DNA of 57,082 nucleotides from NCBI GenBank assembly GCA_002269645.1, contig NIVC01002401.1:1-57082 (forward strand), given 5' to 3'. Positions 30,000 through 42,149 of this stretch are shown here, one piece after another (position 1 is the first letter of the stretch; every line of letters starts with the position of its first letter). Made by a program: the position numbers and the translations under genes. Source of the DNA: Macrostomum lignano. Taxonomy: Eukaryota. Under the pieces are notes generated by a model that saw nothing but the letters and a program-made list of their open reading frames with translations, was not told the DNA's origin and did no database searches.

Positions 30000-32224
30000 A
30001 TGTCGCATAGCGGTGGCGCCCAACATCACGGGGCTGACCTGCCAGCTGGTGAGAAGCGGGGCAAGGACACCGCCGCGTACGGAGCACTTGATGGCGCCGT
30101 ACTGGAGTTCAGGTGAGACTCGTACTCTGAAATTGGCTCAGTATCATGATGCAAAAATACTGAAAATCGGGCATGTAATTTGGGTTGCCGAGGAAATGCC
30201 GCTTTCCGTTTTGATTTTCCACACGAAATAATAATTCTGTGCTTGACTGTTTTCTCTACTTTCGCCGTACAGGCATAGCTTGAAGCAATCAAGAAACTGT
30301 CCGTCCCTCCGCACTGCAGGGACCAGTCCTCCAGAGCGCTCTACGAGGCCGAACCGAGAAGCGGCCTCTTGGGCGTGGCCGACCGCTTCGGCGCAAAGTT
30401 TTTCCCTCTCGGCTACTGGAGCGAGTTCCGCGAGATCGCCAAGCTGCACCTGCCCGCCTTCCTCACCTGCTTCTTCCAGTTCCTGCTGCAGACAATCAGC
30501 GTCATCATGTGCGGCCACCTGTCCAAGGAGCAGCTGGACGCTGTCGCTCTCGCCTGCACCCTCATCAACGTGGCCGCCCTGAGCATCGGTCTCGGACTGT
30601 CCACCGGCTGTGACACCTACTTTGCTCAGACCTTCGGCAGCCGACACAAGAAGCGAGTCGGACTGTACCTGCAGCGTAGCCTACTCGTCATGTACATGTT
30701 CCTGGTGCCCGTGTACTGCCTGCACCTGAACATCAAGCCAGTGCTGCTGCTACTGGGCCAGGACCCGATCATCAGCGACATGACCGCTCGCTACATCCTC
30801 ATCTTCATGCCCGGTGTGTTTTTCGACTACACTTTCTTGGTGCTGGCGAGGTATCTGCAGACGCAGAACCGCGTCAACCCGCCGCTCGTGTGCGCAGTGA
30901 TCGGCAATGTGTTCAACGCGGTGTCGCAGTACATCGCCATCTACGTGATGGGCTTCGAGTTCGAGGCCTCGGCGGTGTGTCAGGCCGCCTCGCTGTTCGT
31001 GATGTGCCTCTGCATCCTGGTGTACATCCGCGTGTTTCGCGTGTTCGAGGACACTTGGGACGGCTGGAAGACCGAGGCTCTCTACGACATCGGCGGGTTC
31101 ATAAGGCTGGCGGTTCCGGGACTGCTGCTCGTATCGCTGGAGAACATCAGCTTTGAGGTAAGTACGAGTATAACTGGAACCTTTAAAGCAGCATGATCTT
31201 ATCAGTGAATCTGAAAGAGTTTTCAGTTGTCATGTTTTTTTTACTTTTTTTGTGAAATTTGCAGATAGGAACCCTTGTGGCGGGCAACATCAGCCTCCTT
31301 CAGCTGGCGGCGCAGGCAATCGTGTTCCAGACCGCCTCTCTGCTGTACATGGTGTGACTCGGCATGTCCATCGCTGTAAACATTCGAGTCGGACAGCACC
31401 TTGGCGCTGGTAAGGTCGAGCAGGCCATCCACACCTGCAAGGTGGCCGTCACTATTATCATGGTCACCTCCACTGTGATCTGCGTGACCTACATGACCTG
31501 CAAGGACCCGATAGCTAGCATCTTCACCAGCGATCCGGAGGTGAAAGCCGCCACCACCGAGCTGATGACAATCTACGCTCCCTTCCCGTTTGTCGATGGC
31601 CTCTCCGCCACGGCGTCGGGCGTCCTGAAAGGCAGCGGGCGGCAGTTGATCGGGGCTGTCGTGAACATCATCGCCTATGACGTCATCGCTCTGCCCATTG
31701 GGTTGCCTCTAAGCCTGCTCACTGGGCTTGAGATGAAGGGATTCTGGATCGGCGTTCTGGTCGGAATCTCTATAGAGACGGTTGTTTTCTGGGGCATCAT
31801 CTGGCGGACGAACTGGCAAAAGGAAGTCAGCAATGCGCGTGTTAGAGCGTCCGGCCAGCAGATGGGTTTGAAAGCTGGTCGTCATGGCAGCAGGACTCGG
31901 TCCGCAGTGGACGAAGATCAAACGGAGCCGCTACTGGCCTCCGGCAAACGCGGGCACGTCCGGTCGGCCTCGAAAGTGTACTCGACCCCGTACGAGAGTG
32001 AGGTGGAGCTGGACTTGACTCAGCCTCCGAGTCTGCCGCCGCTGCGGCCTGTGCTGATCCGGCGGCTGGCGACGTGGCTGTGCCTGGCCGTCTGCTTAAT
32101 CGCGTCCATTGTGCTGCGAGCGTTTCAGGAGACGCTTTTCCCACTGAGGTGGTTCGAGCTGTGCCTGCCGGCCGGCAGCAACTCTACGTCCGTGTCAGGG
32201 ACCAATTTCACCGTGTGCTCGTGA
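30000..32224 (+). CDS. SLC47A: MATE transporter paralogue 2 (exons 30000-30112, 30320-31157, 31265-32224) with an in-frame TGA at 31355-31357; possible pseudogene
   Basis: Same exon phases as paralogue 1. LLYMV*LGMS aligns with LLYMVCIGMS of paralogue 1. Confidence 0.85.
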
Positions 32225-32934
32225 GAGTGTCGGGTCATCACGCGCCTCATGAATGAAATTTTCTGATGTTTATCGTATGTCACTCGGTGCTTGCATGGTA
32301 GCGGCTCGAATTTCATTGATGACTACGGATATATTTTCGACAATATATGGATTTAAAAGAACTTTAAAAAATAAATTTATAAGCTTCTCGTTCAGATACT
32401 TGCAGACATAAAGGAACCTAGCTCGCGCATGTGCATGTTTCAGCCCTATTGAACTTGCGAACGCGTTAAAATTATGAATTTGCTTTTACCAGGGACTTCT
32501 AAGGTAAATTATGGATTACCCATAGATTTCTATAGTAAATTTATATCGCCGAAGTCCCTGCTTTTATCTGCAGCTGGCAAGTGGTCGATAAATGCTTTCG
32601 AGACTTTGCAGTCAACTGAATTACACCTCTCTCAACTGGAGTGCAGTAGAAAAACAGCAGTCGTTGAAAATCATAATCCCAACTCGTAATACAATCCAGT
32701 GCTGAATCCTGCAATGGCAACTCATGCACTGTCTTAACACACAGCTTTAGCGGCAGATTTACCAGTCAGAACACGGTTTTCTCATTTATTGAGCTGAACA
32801 TAAAAATGCAACAGACAAATACGATGCAATTTACATAAAATTTATGAAATGTGAAAAGGCACTGGATGACCCGTCAGCGAATGCTCAGTCTGGGACCTTG
32901 TGCAGCTGAAAAGCCTCGCCGTCCACCCGAAGCT

Positions 32935-34969
32935 TCAACCGCGGGCGGGCAACAACAGCGCCTGGTCGAGAGCGCACCGCAGCTGCTCCAACCGCCTGTC
33001 GATGTCGCCGATCTCCGCCTCATAGGGCGCCGGGCTGGGCGGCCCGCCGTTGCGAGCCCTGGCCGCCAACTGACTTGCTGACGGAGCTGGAGAGAGATTC
33101 GAAGGGCGCCGATGGCGGCGGCCTGGTCGCTCCGATGAAGGCTGTGGAAGCGTCTGAGTTGGCGGAAGAGGCGCCGTATTCTGGCGCTCCAGGGAACGCG
33201 CACGCCGGCGCATGGAGCCCAAGCGCAGCCCGGCTCTCTGGGCGGCCAGCGAAGCCTCCGCCTCCGCCAGCCGGCGCCGCGCCTCGCTCTCAGCGCGTCT
33301 CAGACTCGACACTTCGGCGCGGAGTCCGGCCAGTTCGGCGCTGGCGGCGCTCTCTCGTCGGCGCCGCTGATCAAGACTGGCGCGCGCTCGCCTCGCCGCA
33401 GCGCCAAGCTCGGCAGCTTCGCGCCGGAGAGCCGTCGCTTCGTCTGCATCAGCGGTCAGGCGTCGGTTTTCCTCTGCTAGACGGTGATTTTCCCGACGCA
33501 GCTGCGCCACCCGCGTCTGCAGCCGACGGAGGTCGGTGGCGCCGGCGCTGCCAGGCCGCTTCACGGCGCTCCGGGACTCGGGGGATGCCGTGGTGGCGGC
33601 AGCGTTCACTGGGTCCAGCGGGAGCGGGAAGTGCACCCGGTTAGAGCTGCGTGTGCGCGTCACGATGAGGAAGCGGCAAAGCTGCTGCGGTAACGGCGGG
33701 GCCGCTGCGTTGGTTGGACGAAAGTGGAAGTCAAAAACACGAGTAATGAAAAATTTTTGTATTTTCAAGAGTGGTGGAGCGCATCACAGACTCGGAGTTA
33801 AATTCTGCTGCTAGTGTTGTGTATTGCAAAGGCATGCAATGCGTAGGGATAGTTCGGGGACAGGGTTTCTAGAAACTTCCACAGCAGGACTTGTTTACGC
33901 GGGGGCGCTTCATAAGACCTAAATTTCACAACGCCTAAAGCACATGACTTCACATCACCTTAATTTCATAACGCCTAAATTTCACAACGCCTAAAATCAA
34001 AAATGCAGCCTCCTTCACAACGCCTAAATTTCACATCGCCTAAATTTCACAACGCCTAAAAATCTGCATGCTCTTTCATATCGCCTAAACTTCATATCGC
34101 CCAAATTTCACAACACCTAAAACTGAATGTGAAGGAGAGAAGCAAAGATTTTAGGCGTTGTGAAATTTAGGCGATATGAAATTTAGGCGTTGTGAAATTT
34201 AGGTCTTATGAAAGCGTCCCGTTTACGCATAGTTCCAGAAGATTCCTCTCCCGGTCTTTCTAGAACTTTCCTTCCCCGCGTGCATAAAATACGAGCCGCC
34301 CTCCTATTGGCCAAGCCCTCTTTTGGTGCCACTGGGCGCCCGGATAATTATCTGTCTTGTTTCTGCGTTCGTTAATTCAACAACAGAACAGTTAGTGCTT
34401 GAAGGCCCAAATTCAAGGCAAACTCCAAGACACGCCTGACGATTCGAAAGTCATGTGTACGTCGTATAAGCGCGTGCCTAAGTGTGCAGTATTGGCGCGC
34501 TTGTATGTGCTCAGGGGTCAGCGCAGTAGGCAAGCATGATGGCCTTCTCGCTGGCATCCTGGTCAAGCTCGCTTTAGTGCAACTAAAAGCCCCTGCTGAG
34601 AGAAGTCGGCAGCTCACCACCAGCTGATGCACCAGTCTTGGTTGCCCGCAGCAGCTGCAGCTGCTCCAAGGTGAGCAGGTCCAGCTGCCAGGAGGTTCCA
34701 TCGCTGAGTCGAGCGGCTCCGCCTTCGGCTGCAGCACCAGCAGCGGCGCGGATTCCCGCCACGAACTCGGCGAAGGAGACGGTGCAGCCGCCCGCCTTTG
34801 CTGCCAGCTGGCTGACGTAGCTGTCGGTGAACGCGGCGGACCAGGCCTTGCCGCTGCCATCTGCGGCCACCACGAGGACGGTGGCGGCGATGCTGTCGGG
34901 CTGGCCGCCAGTGACGGTCAGGACAGCCGGCCCCCCGCTAGGGAAGGTCAGGCGAGAGGAGCTGCGCAT
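32935..34969 (-). CDS. CCDC61: Coiled-coil domain-containing protein 61 (VFL3)-like centrosomal protein (~373 aa; exons 34969-34618, 33704-32935)
   Basis: WSAAFTDSYVSQLAAKAG..F..F...LDLLTLEQLQLLR and RFLIV....NRVHFPLPL match the CCDC61 head domain; coiled coil; C-terminal EIGDIDRRLEQL; phase-1 intron. The start may lie on a further upstream exon. Confidence 0.75.
33901..34220. mobile_element. MITE/foldback element (MULE- or hAT-like) in the CCDC61 intron
   Basis: About 38 bp TIRs GGG(G/A)CGCTT(T)CATAAGACCTAAATTTCACAACGCCTAAA; target duplication GTTTACGC at 33893-33900 and 34221-34228; internal 16 bp repeats CCTAAATTTCACAACG in both orientations. Confidence 0.85.
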
Positions 34970-35059
34970 CGCCTGCAAATTCGAGTTTAGGAATGAAAAG
35001 AATGAAGCACTTTGCCGTAAGTTTGTTATGGTTGTTTTTTGACTTGTATTGCTAAGCAC

Positions 35060-37100
35060 TAACTTTTAATTTTGATTTGATATGAAAAAGTTATGCTAAT
35101 TTTCTAGAACACGCAATAGGTTGTATTGATAGACTTCTAAATATGTCTGTCACATTAGAATGTGAAATCTACATTGAAGAAGGAAGTTTGATTATTCATA
35201 CAGTCGCTAAGTACATTATTAGGTCAATAAATAAAATTATAAAGTTGTAAACCATAAACAAGGCTTATTTATGAGAAAGCTTTATAAAAGCTCTCTTGTA
35301 TATATAATTTACAGTAATTTTACTTATTATATGTAGGTAATGTGATCAGTAATTACTTTAAAGTAAGTACTCTTACTGACAGTAACGATTAGGTAAAATG
35401 AATAATATGAGCAGTGAATAGTTGATGCATATGTAGTTTTATATAATTTTAAAAGAAAAAATGATGCTGTAGTTCAAAATGGAGACAATTTAGAATTTTT
35501 AGCCAACAACTAAAATTCAAGTTTTAACCGTGCAATCGTGCAGAAAAGAAAAGAATACGGCGATGCTGTCGAGCTTGCTGCTAACTTAAGTTTTAGTACA
35601 CAAAACTTTCTTGAAACTATCATGTACATTTTAAGATTTTTTATCTTTTCTCGCCTTACCTTTGCACTAATGTTTTAAGCCTTGTGAAACAGGATAGCAA
35701 TGTGATAAACACCGAAATTATTTAGATTTACACGCTTTAACATAAAAAATAAAGGTCATGTCACCAAGTGCAATATGGAGTCATCTATATAAGTATATTT
35801 TATTGGTCTTTATTTGATCCTGAAAATATGCATGAAGATAAAATAAACTGAAAAAATAGCGGACGCGAAAGATACGATAGATAACACTAAAGATTAAATA
35901 CATTTGAAATTTATAAATTTAAAATTAGGGATTTAATGTCTAAGCCAAAAAATTCTTCCCTGCATCAAGTCTCACAAGCAAAGTGTTTCTTATAATTAGT
36001 GATGGTCCGTGCTGCTAACTTGAATTTTGTTTTGTATCTTCGCGGGCCCGGCCGCCGCACGATTCTTACAATAAATTTGCTAAATTAATAGATGCTTGCG
36101 AACGGTAGCAAAGCAAGAACTGTAAATAAGACATGTGTCTCGAAATATATTTTTTTGGCAGAGAATTTTCCGTGCTAAAGAGATTTAAATTTTGTAGAAG
36201 GTTATGATTTAGCATGCATATTTATTCCTTTTTTGTGTTGTGCTTGTGACAACATTACGAAGAAATAAATATTCATAGGGCTAGATTCTATTTCTATGTT
36301 TAAGACTCTATGCTAAGATTTTAGTTTTCATGGGGGGGATTGCTTAGATTTCATGGTTAATGGGGAGGAATCACCAAAAATCTGTGGCTCATGGTGGCAT
36401 TGCTGTAAATTCGATGTTAAATGTAGAAAATTGATAAAATACTGTGTTTTAGGAGATTGCTGCGATATTAGTCTAATAGGGTAATTGTTAAAATCTTATG
36501 ACTCATTGGGGGAAATACTACTATTTCAAGATTTGTATGTGAAACTTTTCAGATATCAAAGCTCATGAGGGGAATTGCTCAGGTACCAAGGTTTATGTAT
36601 TGGGGATATTGCTAAAAATACTGTATTTTAGGAGAACAACTAAGATATCGTTTTTTTGCTTTAATCTTATTTGCTTTAAGCTTTTGCTTTGCTTTGCTTT
36701 AGATATCCTTAAGAAATTAACAACATAGACTATAAACTCTCCAAGTCTGTACATAGCCTAGTTTATTCAACATTTTTTTCTTTACTGCCTCCATAAGAGG
36801 GGGTGAAGTTTTCTAGTAACAGCTCTGGTTTTATATGCTTATTTTTGCTAATTCACTATAGATTTTAATTATTCATAGCATATCTTGAGCTAGTAAAAGT
36901 GTCTATACAAACTAATTTGAATAAATTTTCAATTTTATCAAAAAAGTTTCTTTTTGAGCCTGTTAACACTTGCAAACTCAATGGTGAAAAATAAAAACTT
37001 TTGAGTCTTGAATCATTTAGTTTAAGAGCACTATTTTTATTTAATTACATCCATAAAAAGGTCTATTTGGCTATTTAATTAATGATTGTAATAGATCCAA
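35060..37100. other. AT-rich, CpG-poor block with decayed internal repeats
   Basis: No ORF of 60 aa or more; degenerate GGGGA(A/T)TTGCT-type repeats at 36300-36660. Similar blocks at 42150-43430 and 55880-57082. Confidence 0.6.
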
Positions 37101-37135
37101 TCAATAAGTTCTCACCTCCATCCTGCTTTTAAGGC

Positions 37136-38298
37136 ATGAAGTTGCAGTTTTGGTTAGTGGTGTTTATCTCTCAGTGCTCCATTGGCAGGCTTGGGTTTAG
37201 TTCTGACCCTGATTTCTGCAGAGGTAAGTTGAAATCATTTTTGACAATCCTCTTTTTAAGCATTTGTACTACTGTAGATTAATCTTCTGTCTAAGTACCA
37301 GGTTTTGCTGCTTGCGAGAGAGGCCTACTAGTTTGCAATCATAACTTTTCTTACTGTCATTAACTGAAAATTCTCAGAGCAAATCGTCAACTGCATCGAG
37401 TGCGACACGTCAGTGGACCCAAACTGCCGCGACCCATTCGACATGACGCTGGTGAAGCAGGGCCTCATTCCGTCTGTGCGATGCCTGGGCGTCTGCAGCA
37501 AGTGGGTCTACAGCTCTGGGGGTGAGTATTGCGACACTGCTCCCTTGCGCACTAGGAGCGGGACAGTAGCAGGGGACAGGCGTTTCTTTGTCCTCATCTT
37601 AGTCTCATTTTGGATGACGTAACTCTCGGAACAGAGCTGTGCTAAAAGCTTCCAATTGTGAACATAAAAAAAGATTACTAACGCCTTCATCCACGAGGTG
37701 CTCTCGAAGATGCGATAAATAAAGAAAATGGAGGTCTCGTGTTAACTTCAGGCTCTCAAATGGATCTCAAGGTCACAACAGCGAGATTTTAGCATCGGTT
37801 TTTCCTGACTTACAACTTTCAAAATGCGCCCAATTTCGCATGCTAGCCTGCTCAGCTGCATGGTCCCCTTAAGTGTCGAGTGCTGAACTTTCACCTGATG
37901 GTCAACGGCAATATATGCATTAACAAAATACCTTATATAGAGACTTACTTATACTGCTTCTATTACATCTTTCTCCCAGTAGAATTATACATGGCGAAGC
38001 CCCTGTCGCCTACATAGCATATACGCCAGCTGACGCAGCTCAACTCACGCCGAGTCCCGCAGATACCAAGCGGATCCGGCGCACCTGCTCGAATAAGCTG
38101 GAGCTGAAGAAGGTGTCCCCCTATCTTGTCTGCATCGATGAATCGCGCGGCCGCGGCGGCAGCCTCTGCTTTTGCGACCGGCGCAACTGCAACGCGGCGG
38201 TGTGCTTCGCTTCACCCAGCGTCGCCCTGGCAGTCGGTGCCGCCGCTGCCACAGTCGCTGCACTTGCTGACACCCTGGGTAGGCTGCACTCGGACTGA
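37136..38298 (+). CDS. qvr: Quiver/sleepless-like Ly6/three-finger GPI-anchored protein (exons 37136-37223, 37378-37521, ~38030-38298)
   Basis: Signal peptide; CIECDTSVDPNCRDPF...RCLGVCSKWV; IRRTCSNKL...VC...GSLCFCDRRNCN followed by a hydrophobic GPI-type tail. The last acceptor could be 38018 or 38030. Confidence 0.82.
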
Positions 38299-38315
38299 GG
38301 CTCGCAGCTCGAATC

Positions 38316-38823
38316 GTGAATTGGTGATCGCCAGCAGGGTTTCACTAAAGTTTAGCGTGAGTTGGTGATCGCCAGCAGGGTTTCAATACAGTTTAGCGTG
38401 AATTGGTGATCGCCAGCAGTGTTTCACTACAGTTTAGCGTGAGTTTGTGATCGCCAGCAGGGTCTCACTACAGTTTAGCGTGAATTGGTGATCGCCTGCA
38501 GGGTTCAACTACAGTTTAGCGTGAGTTGGTGATCGCCAGCAGGGTTTCACTACAGTTTAGCGTGAGTTGGTGATCGCCAGCAGGGTTTCACTACAGTTTA
38601 GCGTGAATTGGTGATCGCCAGCAGGGTTCAACTACAGTTTAGCGTGAGTTGGTGATCGCCAGCAGGGTTTCACTACAGTTTAGCGTGAATTGGTGATCGC
38701 CAGGAGGGTTTCACTACAGTTTAGCGTGAATTGGTGATCGCCAGCAGGGTTTCAATACAGTTTAGCGTGAATTGGTGATCGCCATTAGGGTTTCACTACA
38801 GTTTAGTGTGAATTGGTGATCGC
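38316..38823. repeat. 41 bp minisatellite, ~12 copies, just 3' of the qvr stop codon
   Basis: GTGAATTGGTGATCGCCAGCAGGGTTTCACTACAGTTTAGC repeated head to tail with no spacers. Confidence 0.97.
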
Positions 38824-40087
38824 TACCATGGATTTATTGTTCACGTTGTCCCGTCCCGCTATTATTTACATGTTCTGTGTTTCCTTGCTTTTCGCTTCTA
38901 CAATTCATTCTTAATCTCATCGAAAACGAAAAATTGCTGCCTATTTGAGTTTTTTGCTTTTTTTAGTCAGTTTCCGTCAGCGTTTTGCATTCGCTGCTTT
39001 AATCAGTTCCGCCGTACGGACCCGACGCGATTGTCTCTTGTTATACTGCAGTGCTTTTATCTGTCACTTTTCTGTCTGCGCGCCCAGAATCCAGGACCAA
39101 ATTAGGCTACAATTGTCACGTGATGCACGGGTCCAGTTGGACAGCCTGTTGGCCTGCTGACAACCGGATTTTCTTTTTTCGTTTTTGTTTGTTTTGTTCA
39201 TTGATGTTGTGGCAGCGTGTTTTTATCTTGCAATATTTTGTTTTACTTACTGGTCTTTCAGCCCCGCCCCTGCCCGCAGCAACCTGTTGAAACAGGTGGC
39301 TCCGCAATAATAGCTTGGAGTTCTCTGTCCTGCTTTTTTCTGTTGAGTCTGGACTTTTCTGACTGTAAATATATTTTTCTCGCAGTTTTGCCTTGAACTT
39401 TCTTGGCAAAGAAAAACTAAAGAAGGAAGTCAGTCTCCGTAACTTCTATTTAACTGTTTTAAAGTTGCTCAACAGGTGAGAGGCGCCTCCAGTGTATTTT
39501 TCTGCTCGGATGCAATTTATAACCTGAAAGCCCTGTAGGTTTATGGAGCAGTTTCCAGCAACAACGAAAAATATTTTTGCATCACAGGCCAAATCCTTAG
39601 ATGCTTTGAGTAAAGTAATTAACTACTTGTAAGAAAGTACAAAAGAAAGCAGTCACCTGTGCAGAAGTGCAGCTGGGTATAGAGGTCTGCTTTAGTAGTT
39701 CAACACCAGTGAAAATGGCGCACTAGACACCTTATCTGCAAAAATATGCATCCATACTACAGCTCAGACAGGTACCGCGGTGAGTCATCTACAAGGTAAC
39801 CATTGTTTTGCGATACGAGCGTACGTTCATAAAAAATCAACAGGAATCTATCAAACTAGTTTGTATCTGTCAGCTTATTTATTTCCAAATCCTCTCAAAA
39901 AGTCTCACAGAAGATCATAGAATGAGATGAGAGTGACGAATTTCACCGTGGCAACGTCTCAATCTGGGGCAGAGACTCGGCGCTTGGCCAAGTGACTTCG
40001 TTGGGTCAGTGCGGCGCTGGCACGGAGGTGTGAAAATATGAAGAATATCCCAGCGAATATCGTGGTTGCTCTGCAGTGAAGCGGTGC

Positions 40088-42030
40088 TCAGACTCCGTTG
40101 AAAGCATCGGCTCTGCTGTCGCCGCCGCTTTCGCAAAGCGCCGCAGCTTCTGCTTTGACGAGGCGGTCAGCCGCGCCCGCCTCCTGCAGGCCGAGCCGCC
40201 ACTGGAGAAGCTCAAACTCGACGCCCGGCGTGAAGGACAGGTAGAGGGGCAGGCAGGGCCAGCGGGGGTCGAGACCGTGACACCAGGGCACCGGCTCGCG
40301 GACAACGGCGGTGCGCAGCAGCCCGCAACCGCTGGCGGGGCGCGACACGGCTGGCACAATCAGCTGCAGCAGTGGCCGCTCGGTGCCGTAGCGGAACAGA
40401 GCGGCCACCTGCTGGCAGGCGAGCTGGCCGGCGGAGAACAGCAGCAGGAAGTGCGACTGCAGGTCCAGCAGCTGCAGCAGGCGGCTCAGGCGGTGCCGCA
40501 GCGGCCCGTAGCGGCAGTCGGAGCCGCTGACGGCGCCAGGCGCAGACTGCCAGTAGCGCGTCACTCTGAAGTAGCCGGAGAACTTTCCGGCATCATCCAG
40601 CAGCTCCTCCACGGTGTTGAAGCAGCTCGGCAGGCTGCGGATGTTCAAGCAGGCGTCGCTCAGAGCGGTCAGGCGGTGCAGTTGCTCCAGCCGCTGGCAG
40701 CCGATGCGAACCAGCGTGGCAGCGCTGGGGCTGATGGCCACCGCGAGCTGCTCGCCAAGGCAGTTGCCATCGGGCGGGTCCAGGTAGGCCAGGCCTTCAA
40801 CGGTGGAGTCTAACTGCAGCTCCGCCTGGGGCCGCAGCCGGGCCGACGGCACCTCGGCGGCTGGCGATGCAAGCGGCGGCAGCGACCAAAGCTGCAGGCG
40901 GCTCTCGGCGGCGCAGACGAGCCGGCGGTGCCCACAGGCACAAGGGTAGGCGAGCAGCGATCTCACGCTGTCGTCCAGCTCGAACATCGGCCAGGTGGCG
41001 CCGCGTGTGAGGCCCAGCAGCGGCAGCAGGAGGGAGCCGGAGCCCAGCCAGTCCGTGCGCAGCAGCAGCCCGTGCCGTCCCAGCCGCAGGGACACCGGCC
41101 TGGGGGGCGGGTCCGCCCCGCTGCCAAGAACAACTCGGATGCGGCAGACGCGGGCCCGATTGAGCTCGGGAGTGTACAGCAGCAGCCGGAGCTGCCCGTT
41201 ACTGTAGTGCTGGAAAGGTTGGAATCCGGGAGTGGAATGGGCTGGAATCTGGGAGTGGAATGGGCTGGAATCCGAGGAGTGGAATGGGCTGGAATCCGGG
41301 AGTGAAATGGGCTGGAATCTGGGAATGGAATGGGCTGGAATCCGGGAGTGGAATGGGCTGGAATCCGGGAGTGGAATGGGCTGGAATCCGGGAGTGGAAT
41401 GGGCTGGAATCTGGGAGTGGAATGGGCTGGAATCCGGGAGTGGAATGGGCTGGAATCCGGGATTGGAATGGGCTGGAATCCGGGAGTGGAATGGGCTGGA
41501 ATCTTGGAGTGGAATGGGCTGAAATGCGGGAGTGGAATGGGCTGGAATCTGGGAGTGGAATGGGCTGGAATCTGGGAGTGGAATGGGCTGGAATGCGGGA
41601 ATGGAATGGTTTGGAATCAAGGCAGAATCGGATGTGGCAGCGAGGCCTTCAGGCGACTCACCGCGCTGAGCAGCTTTTCGGCCCAGGCCATCCCTCCCTC
41701 AGCCGCAGCCTCTTCGTTGCTGACGTCTAGCCTGACAGCGGCGACCCTGCCGCAGGCTCCGGACAGCAGGGCCACGCGTTGCGCCAGAGACGCCGCGGGC
41801 TCCGCCTGCAGGCCGAGCCGGGCCGCGTGCAGTCGCCAGGCGCCGCTGGCGGAGACGGAGGCCCTCCAGCGATGGCTGACACCGCGGCAGGCCAGCAGGC
41901 TGCGCACGTCCAGCAGGCGGAGGATTCGCTCGCACAGTTCCTGTGGCAGGCAGCGGGGGCTGCAGGGATCTGACGATGGCCGCAGCGCAGAATCCTTGGG
42001 TTTTTCATCATCACTCTGCTGCTGCGGCAT
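40088..42030 (-). CDS. F-box protein (~496 aa; exons 42030-41662, 41209-40088)
   Basis: LPQELCERILRLLDVRSLLACRGVSHRWRASV is an F-box; phase-0 intron GTGAGT...TTCCAG; C-terminal part may be a degenerate beta-propeller. Confidence 0.8.
41220..41618. repeat. 23 bp minisatellite (GGAATCCGGGAGTGGAATGGGCT), ~17 copies, in the F-box intron
   Basis: Direct reading. Confidence 0.97.
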
Positions 42031-42149
42031 GGCCTGAGGTCAGTCAGTGATGTCAATGCAGATTGAAGACATGCAGACAAGAAATACTGCGCAATTCAGT
42101 GCTAAGCCTGCTTGGCATGAAGGAGTTGAGTGCTTAATGGCAGTTTTTG

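Noticed and set aside
32248-32321. SECIS element that would recode the MATE-2 TGA
   Set aside because: ATGA and TGAT flank a stem, but they pair as an ordinary helix with one G-G mismatch, not the GA quartet. The loop is over 40 nt and lacks the apical AA.
38316-38823. CRISPR array
   Set aside because: Units are contiguous with no unique spacers, there are no cas genes, and the context is eukaryotic.
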